From positions 19,761,432 through 19,825,431 of the forward strand of contig NC_092679.1 of assembly GCF_964355755.1 (NCBI RefSeq): a stretch of DNA of 64,000 bases, in the 5' to 3' direction. The stretch is from Antedon mediterranea. Lineage: Eukaryota; Animalia; Echinodermata. The position numbers and the translations under genes were made by a program. The notes beneath the pieces are model-generated. The model saw nothing but the letters and a program-made list of their open reading frames with translations, ran no database searches and was not told the DNA's origin. This document shows, piece by piece, positions 54,749-64,000 of this stretch (within the stretch, counting starts at the first letter, position 1; each line of letters opens with the position of its first letter).

Positions 54749-56234
54749 ATGTCAAAAACGACAAAAAGGAAGCATGTGACCAGGGAAGTCTTGGACGAGT
54801 TTGTTCTACCAGAAGACAACCAACAGATTGTGAAGGTGCGTCTTCTAAAGGTCGATGTTTAAGTATTTAAAGTTTACATAAAGGCTTAATTTTTAACTGT
54901 ACTACATTTTTGTTTCACATGAATTTTGAATTAAACCAGTCCTCAATCCTAATTATTTATACGTAAACATCAATAACTTTTCATTTTCTTTATTTTTATC
55001 TTTATAGATTTGTGCAGGAAGGGGAAACAACTTACATGAAGTGGTCACTGCTGGACAGGAAAAGTTCCTAGCAAGCATGCCGAACAAATTCAGAAAAAAC
55101 GTGTGGATAAAACGAGGTTGGACATCTTGTACCGTATTAAACGATTGTACCAAATCCAATGTAGAAACAATCGATTGATGTAAAGTGTTACCTTGAATCG
55201 GACCACCAAGCCTTCTTTCTTCTGTCATGCTTACCAGAATCCCTTAACTGTTTGGATTGTTTATTTATTTAGCAATTCTATTATATTAAAAACAAAGATG
55301 TTTAAATAACATAGTATAAAACTCCAAATAATGAGATGGAAGTTATGAATCGAAATTATAAAGGTCTGTCTACACTATCAAAACTAGTGCATATATGGGC
55401 ACATTAAGTTTGATAGTGTAGACAGAGCTTTAGAACAGGAACTATATATTATTATATTAGTAATCTGATTTGTTATTCTTCAGGTGATTTTGTGATTGTT
55501 GAACCAATTGAGGAAGGTTTTAAAGTGAAAGCTGAAATAGTGAGGATACTTTACCCGCAACAAGTAAAGTATATACAGAAAGAAGGTAAATGGTAAGTGG
55601 GAAAAAGCAACTAGAAGTTACCACAGATTGCTGAAACAGAATATGAAGTTAGAAAAGCGCTCGGTTAATTTTGTGAAACATCAAATTCAGAGAGGTCAGA
55701 ATCTCGTGAGCGGTTTCTCACAATTACAGCATCATTGAGAATGATTATTTAGTAGAACGTCTATTAAAGGGACATTTCAGGACTCGACAACAAATCAAAT
55801 AGGTGTGCCCCAGGGGGATCCCTGAATAGTGACCGTAGCGTTAAAAATCGTTTTGTTTCACAAGTGTCCCTTTAATAGAAGTGTCCTAAAGGAGGGGTTC
55901 TGTTGTACTGCTTGTAAACTAACCCAACTAATAGTTTAGTATCTAGAATAAATCCCTAAATTTAGGCACCACCAAAACTCCTTCGACTAATTAATGAATT
56001 TTGTTTTCTAGGCCAGTTGAATTTTTAAAGAAAACCGAAGAAACCATTGTTACCAAGCAAGAACAGAAAAATATCGTAGATGATGAGGTGGATGAGAAAG
56101 ATGAGGATGACTCCAGTGATGAGGAGGATGATGATTCAGATTTGTTTATTAACACAAATCATCCAAAGGCTGTTTATTATTCTGATAGTTCATCTGAAGA
56201 AGATGATGAGGATGATGATAACGAAAGTAGATAA
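54749..56234 (+). CDS. EIF1AD: Probable RNA-binding protein EIF1AD (eIF1A-like OB fold)
   Basis: Exons 54749-54835, 55008-55116, 55484-55592, 56012-56234: [46 protein letters not shown], acidic tail with LFINTN. Confidence 0.95.
55362..55429. mobile_element. Minimal 68-bp family A MITE
   Basis: TAA|AGGTCTGTCTACACTATCAAAACT...AGTTTGATAGTGTAGACAGAGCT|TTA. Confidence 0.8.
55750..55906. mobile_element. Tc1/Tigger-like MITE
   Basis: AGTAGAACGTCTATTAAAGGGACA ... TGTCCCTTTAATAGA...GGTTCTGTTGTA. Confidence 0.55.
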
Positions 56235-56300
56235 ATCATAACACCGTCCTCTTAGAAATATTTTACTGCGAAAAGAAATTTTTTATATATTAAATACATA

Positions 56301-56505
56301 GACCCCATTTACACTTTCGTTCCAAACGAGGCCCTGAAGATTAATAGTCTCAAGTCATATGGTTAACTGCATAAGCCGGCCCAAATATAAAAGCCGCTCG
56401 TGGACCTACTCGAGAGGTGGTCCAGGTCTGAATCCGGCCTAACTTTATGTAGTGTTTACACTCTGACGACCTAGGGCTGGCCCAATCGTAAGTGTAATTG
56501 GGGTC
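56301..56505. mobile_element. Harbinger-like MITE in EIF1AD 3' UTR region
   Basis: GACCCCATTTACACTT...AAGTGTAATTGGGGTC with ATA on both flanks. Confidence 0.65.
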
Positions 56506-56611
56506 ATAGTAAAGTATTAAAGTAAACAATAGATTTTGATTAATTGTGATTCTATATGAATTAAAAATAAGAATGAATGCTATTTGTTGTTATATTGTAT
56601 GTGTGATTGAA

Positions 56612-56670
56612 TGCCTCTGATAGGATTTGAACCTGACAAGTTGGGCATCATAACCATTAGACCACAGAGT
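56612..56670 (-). mobile_element. tRNA-derived SINE head fragment
   Basis: Minus strand TGGTCTAATGG (A box) and GGTTCAAATCC (B box); a similar head lies at about 44025-44090. Confidence 0.45.
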
Positions 56671-56723
56671 CTACATGGTTGAACAAGTTCCAATAAGCAC
56701 ACAAGTGAGCTAAATAAGTTTTA

Positions 56724-56861
56724 AGCGCTGTCTACACTATCAAACTTTATGCGACAACAAAATGTAATGTGCTCATATATGGACATGACGATGTCATATT
56801 ACTACCATATTTGGGCACATCACACTTTCAAACTAGTTTGATTGATAGTGTAGACAGAGCT
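56724..56861. mobile_element. Family A MITE
   Basis: TTA|AGCGCTGTCTACACTATCAAACT...GATAGTGTAGACAGAGCT|TTA. Confidence 0.8.
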
Positions 56862-57336
56862 TTAAAAAGCCAACAAAAAAAAACAACATAATCATTAATA
56901 ATATTACTGAAAACAAACAAAACAAGATTTGGTCAGAAAGAAACAATGTTCTGCTCCATTTATTTAAGTGTGTAAATAGGTCAAAGGTGATATTTAAATA
57001 CCAGAATCAACAACAGTAAAGGGATTTAGAAACAAAGGTGATGTGCTACCTAACATGTTTTACTATGAAAGCAATTTTTCCCTTTTAAAAATCCATACCA
57101 CTTTGCACTGATTTACTTTTAAATAACATACGATTAAAACTTGCTATTAATGACTGCATTATTTTTATACTGAAAAATGTGGTCCAAACATTTTCCTAAA
57201 ATCTAAATTTTCATTGCACATTTACACACCGGTAGGCTACTCTGGCTTCCTCACTGGTCAGAAAAAAACAATGATAATCTTAACAGTTGATGAATAGCGA
57301 TGGGTTATGTCATACACTATACTCATCTGCAACTTA

Positions 57337-57492
57337 AGCCTTGTCTATACTATCAAACCTGATGTTACAAAAAAAATGTGATGTGCCCATATATGGACAT
57401 GCTGATGTCATATTACTACCATATTTAAGCATATCACTACCATATATTGACACATCATTTTGTAAAAATAGTTTGATAGTGTAGACAGAGCT
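57337..57492. mobile_element. Family A MITE
   Basis: AGCCTTGTCTATACTATCAAAC...AGTTTGATAGTGTAGACAGAGCT. Confidence 0.78.
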
Positions 57493-60400
57493 GTCCGGCA
57501 CTAGAAAGGTGGACCCCCTAAATATATTTTGATTCACATTATTTAGTTAATACACAAATATAATTTTTCAATCATTACGGTAAAAAATATAGTCATATAC
57601 TTAAGTACAGATAAGGTAGTTAATGGCACAATTGATCACCATGTATGTACTTTTTGTTTGGGTGACGTATTTGCTTATACAGCAACCATCAATTTTGTTT
57701 ACAATTGTGATTTGATTAATATAGAAATATTATTATGATTTATGATCAACAGTGAAGAAGCCAGATACTAAAAAAAACTCTGGGTAAAACAAATATTAAA
57801 AAATTATATTAACAAAACACTATTTCAGCTTAAATATATAACCCATTTTGTTCATGTACCCTGTACACCCTATTTGGTAGTTTTTCAATAAAACACAAAG
57901 GTTCTGTAATCAATGTTAAGTACAAAAGTATATTGCCCGTTTACACTACCGACGATTAAATGTATATTTCCTACAGAAAACAATACGAATTAGAAAAGTT
58001 TAATCCTAAAACTATAGGATAACTATCTTAACTTTCTTCATGAAAATAATATTACCACATCTCATGGTCAATAACAACAATAAAATCATTGTAGTAGTAT
58101 AAACAGGACTTAATACATTCAATATTAATTGTGTCATCATAATGATTGACATAATTAATACATTTTGTACATAATTAGATAATTTAAATAAATTTGTTTA
58201 TAGGCAAAGTTGACCATGTAAATTAGCATTTCCCATCAGCAAGGTTAACTGTTTGTCTAATTCTTTGTTTTCTATCGGCAAGGTCGGCCGTGCTCTTCCT
58301 CAATTGTGTTGCCTTCCCTGCACAGTGTACATGGAAAATGGTCAACCATGCGGATAGAAAACAATAAATTACATGCACAATTGCCAATAGTCATTTCTGT
58401 TTTGGCGGTAAAATCCGTTTTGCACTTTGTTTTTGGTGTGTGTACACAAATTTACATTCTAATTTAAATCTATAATCAAACAAATATGTTATAAATATTT
58501 TGTGCAATTTACAAACAATGTATAACACATTTATTTATTGTCTTGAAAATTTACACCACAAAATGATTTCAATTTTAATAGCACGTTGTTGTTATTATAG
58601 AGGGCAGCAAACAAAATGGGTTATACAGCAACTATAACATAAAAAAAGTAAAATAATAAAATTTAAATATTTAGGAATACAATATAAATATATAGGAAAA
58701 CAAAATTGTATTTAAAATGAAATAAAAAAATTGGTGGTTAATCTAGATAAAATACTTTTTTTAGAAGACTGAGTTGATTATTAAAAAATGTTTGGATAAA
58801 ACTACTTAATTATAGCTTTTACATAAGATAATATATTATAGATATATTACCTCTATGTTAATACACTATTGCTATGTGTAACCAAAAGAAAACAAAGAAA
58901 CTAACCAAAAAAACGGTGAAAACATTTGCTACAATTTTTACACAGCTTATATTCTTTACACTACTTTTGTGTACTACAGAGAGCGTTACAATATCTCTCA
59001 CAGAATATCTCATAATATAGAGATCTCTTAATCAAGTTACACATTTTTGTCCACGTTATATTGTACAACATCATGCAAAACAGCGAATAAAACAAATTTA
59101 TTAATACAACTCACAGACAATTTATAGATATGATACAGAATTTACAAATGTCATACGCTCTAGATTATAGTCTAACCATATACTAGTAAATAGCTATCAC
59201 TTCAATTCTATTTATTCTATTTATTCACAAAAAAAAAACGAGAATCACTAGAAAATGCATCTAGCAACTCTCACAACAATCATTTAAAAATCGTAAAAGC
59301 ATATCCGCAATACAGATATGAGCGTCTAAATATTTAAGTTAAATTTCCGTCACTGCCCGATATTAAAGTCAGTCAAGTCTATCCGTCGGGCAAGTCGAAA
59401 CAATTCCGTCGGGCAAGCATCTCATGTCGGGCAAGCGTTTCCGTCCATATAGATAAATTCTGTACATGAAACATGGCGAAATTTATACCAAAAATGTTGA
59501 ATTACATCGATAACACAGTTACTATAGTTCCACTACTAATAATTTACAATCATTAAAATATAACAAATTCTGGTCATTCTAGGCTTCTAAGTGTACAGTT
59601 TTAACATTATTTTACCTGCAAATTTTATACTGCTAGAATATGTACAAGGTTAAGAGGCAAGGGGGTATTGTAGCTTATAGTTGTAAGATATGGTGCAGTT
59701 AACAAAAGACAATATAAAAACAGTTTGACAAAAGAATAAATCGTTTTTTGACTGTCCCAGTTTGTTCTAGCTAAGCCAATTGTTTCAATATGTCCAAGAT
59801 TTCCGAGCAAAATTAACCAAAATTTATAAAAATTAAATGACAAAGTCTCGTAAACGCATTCCAATTTATACTGTATTGTGATATCGCAAAACAGTTTATT
59901 ACAGATTAAAAATAAACCCTATCATTTCAAAAATTTAAAAGATCAGTGGTTAAGTTTAGTATCAAATTTAAAACACTTGTAATTTTTATAAAATTAATTC
60001 AAATACATATGTTATCTTCAAAATATTTTAATCTAAAGTTTAAAAATCCAATTATTATTTCCAATTCATTATTTTAAATATTTAAATGTAACATCTATCG
60101 CTTGCCAACAAATTTGCATTTTTATTAAGAAAACCTTATCATGGACAAAACTAATTATGAAGGATTGTGTTTTTAACCTTGGGTGCACTCTCAGCCTTGT
60201 AGTACTAATTTTAACACAATTAATGACAACATCGTCACAATTCATCAATAAAATCGTATTAAAATCACTCATGAAATAAATTTAATATATAAATATCGAG
60301 CAAAGAAAATTACTTTCTTATGCCAAAAAAAATTAAAATCAAATTTGCATAAATACTACAACGCATTGTTGATATATTATATCTGAGTATTCTGCCATTA

Positions 60401-61926
60401 GAACCAATGATTGGAAAAAAAATACAGAGGGAGGAAGTGCAATATAAATAATACTACTTTACATAATGTTTAAGTTTTACTATATATGTACAGTTTTAAA
60501 ACAATGATACCATCTTCTGAACATACTCCCTCTATTTATAAACCAATCGTGGTTTACTGTACAATAAATAATTTACTTTCATTTACCCTGCAATAATGCT
60601 TTCAATAAACATCCTTTTTTCATCCCTCTCTCTTTTCCTTTCTTCCTCCACCCCAAATAAAGAAGGCAGGAGGAAGAGAGAATATAACTTATCAATGATC
60701 CTAAAACCAAAATTCTAAACTGTACAAAAACATTATGTCATGGACACTAAGATTGTCAAATCTTCTTACTTTTTCATTTTGTATTGTAATAAATCAATTG
60801 TTGGTGTTTCACGGTATCATGTCTAGTGACAATAAACCTTATACAGTATCAAGTCTGCTGACAGTAACAGGCAATGTAGCTAACTCTTAAATATCAAACT
60901 ATTCTAACCCTCTAAATAATCTGACTATATGAATAAAGAAATAATAATACTGGGATTCGAACCATGTTAGATTTCTACCGATAAGAAATCCGGAGCACAG
61001 CTGTCTGGAACAAAATTAAATACTGTTTTTGGAGGTTACTGTATAGTGTCAGTAGAGGCAAAACAGTATCACATGGGATGATAGTTGCCATCAGATGCGA
61101 TACTGCATGTTGTTATTGATGCTAGACATGATATCACTTGTGGAATTTAATTCGATACAAGACCTTTATTACCAATTGTATGAAAAAAAAATATAAAAAA
61201 TTCCTTCTAAAAAATTATTTAAATATATATATTTTTTTAAATGTCCAAATACAAATCAATTGTAAAATTTAAGAACCTCTATTGTTTAAAAACCATTTTA
61301 AATGGATAAAACATAGAAAAATATTATAGTTTTAAAAAAAAGCGGAAAAGAATGATATTAACTCTATTAAATAATGCAAACGTATTTTAAATGAAGGCAA
61401 CCCATAATCGCGATATACACCTTGGTATCCATGAAAACTAAACAATTTTCAACTGTATCGTATCTAAAGAATAATTTACTAATACCTGGAAAAGACTTTA
61501 TTTAATATTTACTATATTAATTAAGTTGTGTTTATGTTAATTGATGACATTAATATTCATGATTTAAAGGGTTTTTTTGGAATTCATTGTTATTTCATTT
61601 TTAATTATAATTCATTAATTGGATAAATTTGTAATTCATGTTTTGATTCTGTGTGTCTTTAAATAATTAAAAATTCTTTATTATTTATATTTGATTTCAT
61701 TCACAAAGGTTAAAGGTTAAAGAAAAGTATTCAGTATTTCCGAAATGATCAGAAAAATAGTACAAATTAGAATTTTAAAAACATTGCTGAATATTCATAG
61801 GTTTACCTAATCAAATAATATTAATTATAGATCCAATTAATAATCAAATTGTTGAGTATTTTTTAATAGTTGTTGTTCTTGTTTGGTGTTTAAAGAAACA
61901 TATATTGATGAATATTCAAGAGTTAA

Positions 61927-62520
61927 TTACCTCCGCCAAGGAGGTTATATTTTCACCCCTGTATGTTTGTGTGTTTGTGTGTTTGTGTGTGTGTGTGTCT
62001 GTGAACAGCCTGGAAAGGCCACAGTTTTTATCCGATTCTCACCAAATTTGGCAACAATGATCTATGCCCCAAAAGCTCGGACGAGTTCGAATTTGAAGGG
62101 AAAAGGTCATAGGTCAAGGTCACAACTAACAAAAAACTATTTTACTGCCTAGAGACCACAGTTTTTATCCGATTCTCACCAAACTTAGCCACAATGATCA
62201 ATGATACATCATATAATTGTGGTTAAATTTTGAAGGGTCAGGGTCAAAGATCAAGGTCCACAAAAAGCTAAAAAAAAAGAAATAAAAAAATAATAAAAAA
62301 AAAAAACCTCAGTGGGACTTGAACCAGCAATCTCAACTGTGAGAGGCTGGATACATAACCATTACACCACACTGTCATCCACAATTTTGTAGTGTGCAGT
62401 TAACATATTTACACTTAGGACTAATAAAAAAAAATGTAAAAAAAAAATATTCAGGGGGCATTTTATGTAGAGGAATTTTACAGTAGGCGGAGGTTTGTAC
62501 TCTCGGAGTACCCTCTAGTT
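61927..62520 (+). mobile_element. Non-autonomous Helentron-associated element (HINE/DINE-like)
   Basis: Subterminal inverted ACCTCCGCC / GGCGGAGGT, (GT)n microsatellite, internal repeat CCACAGTTTTTATCCGATTCTCACCAAA x2, 3' hairpin GTACTC..GAGTAC then CTAGTT. Confidence 0.8.
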
Positions 62521-62910
62521 AATTAATATTTTCCTAATTATTTATTTATCTAATTAATAATCTTATAAATATTTGTTGTTGTTAAGCATTATCTATTCAT
62601 TTTTATTTGGTGTAAAAAACATAATTATATTGATGAATATTTAAGAGTTATAATTGATATTTTCATAATTAATTATTTAACTAATAATTAATAATCTTAT
62701 AAATATTTGTTGTTGTTAAGCATTATCTATTCATTTTTATTTGGTGTAAAAAACATAATTATATTGATGAATATTTAAGAGTTATAATTGATATTTTCAT
62801 AATTAATTATTTAACTAATTAATATCTTATACATATTTGTTATTGTTTTTAAGCATTCTCTATTCTTTTTTATTTGGTGTAAAAAACATAATTATATTGA
62901 TGAATATTTA
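62521..62910. repeat. About 130-134-bp AT-rich tandem repeat, about 3 copies
   Basis: TCTTAT(A/C) unit starts at 62561, 62695, 62825. Confidence 0.85.
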
Positions 62911-63499
62911 ATTTACATAATTAATAAAATCTCGTTTTGTTTTGTCTTGTATTCTATCATCATTTGTATATTGTCGGATGTTTACTGTATTTTTGTCTCT
63001 TTTCGAACGTGTAAAATGTAAAAATATTAATTTTGTAGTTTTGATGTCTTTAAAAAATACTGTACAAACACAATACATTGATTGTGTTAACATCTATTCA
63101 GCATTATATATCTACAAGTTTATTATATTGACTTCGCAAGAAACAGTTAAATAGGCTATCATAGAGAAACATGGTTGAAATCAGGTTGTCGACATGGTTA
63201 ACAACATCAGGGTCTTATATTCAATTAAACAATGAAAAATGATATAAAGAAATTTATACCAACATTACTTAGATCATAGAGGAATTACTCCATGCCAAGA
63301 ATTAGATTACTATATAATTGTTTTTATTACAGTACTTAATACCCCAAAGTATTTTTCCCTGACCATCATTGTTCAGCAAAGGTGTTATTGCAGATAAGTT
63401 TTTCCCAAATTCATATAAGCCGCTTGAGCATATTTTGAATTGGAACATTTACAATACTTAGCCTCTATCATTAAATAAGAAAAGAAGAAGAACAATAAG

Positions 63500-63890
63500 G
63501 CTATGTTCACACTAGAGAGGAATTACTAGCAGATCTTGCAGAGTTATAACTTGTGTTCACACTGTATAAAAATGAAATGATTGAATCAGCATTGTACATT
63601 AATGTGCCTACTGGTGAATTAATGTTGAACGCTGAGTAGAATCACAATTTTTGATTAAGACTAAGCTAGTACATCTTTGTGGTACAGTGTGAACACTGGC
63701 TCATGAGTAACAAATCATGACTATAGTATTCAAATCAGCATTGTACATTAATGTGTCTACAGGTATATTATTGTACAACGCTGATTGCAAGTTATGACTC
63801 ATTCGTACAACTCACAAAAATCAATTAGCATTATGCTAGTACACCTTTTGTCGTCTGAACACTTATTCATGATTAACAAATCATGACTAT
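63500..63890. repeat. Harbinger-like terminus followed by imperfect repeats next to the kinase stop codon
   Basis: TAA|GGCTATGTTCACACTAG; AATCAGCATTGTACATTAATGTG and TAACAAATCATGACTAT each repeated. Confidence 0.45.
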
Positions 63891-63891
63891 A

Positions 63892-64000
63892 TTACTCAAT
63901 GATGGTTTCTTCTGTGGTTCTTGGTTTGGCTGTATCTTTGAGAGAAACGTCATCTCTGGTGTAGGTGAAACCTTTGAAGTCGGCTTGGTTGATTTGTTCA
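63892..64000 (-). CDS. Last coding exon (partial) of an AGC kinase, most like novel PKC epsilon/eta
   Basis: EQINQADFKGFTYTRDDVSLKDTAKPRTTEETIIE*; INQxxFKGF(S/T)Y is the hydrophobic motif of PKC epsilon-type kinases. Confidence 0.75.
   Translation of the reverse strand, partial: EQINQADFKGFTYTRDDVSLKDTAKPRTTEETIIE

Overview
AT-rich, intron-containing eukaryotic (invertebrate, probably deuterostome/echinoderm-like; inference) genomic DNA. By reading GT-AG junctions I could assemble eight spliced housekeeping genes: DHRS7-like (-, runs off the left edge), TMX1 (-), PP1 catalytic beta (-, 23 kb), SRP9 (-), PTGR2 (-), ERLEC1 (-), EIF1AD (+, head-to-head with ERLEC1) and the last coding exon of a novel-PKC-type AGC kinase (-, right edge). 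Introns and UTRs carry many non-autonomous DNA transposons (Harbinger-like MITEs, a Kolobok-like element with a nested Tc1/mariner-like element, hAT-like, pogo-like and foldback elements), a Helentron-type HINE, SINE/LINE fragments and several minisatellites. Almost all long ORFs in the supplied track are translations of repeats. The most notable unexplained signals are a candidate spliced microprotein/lncRNA unit at 40.4-41.3 kb, CArG boxes carried by a MITE family and a 39-bp minisatellite, TAGGCCTA clusters marking first introns, and conserved ancient linkage of the genes.
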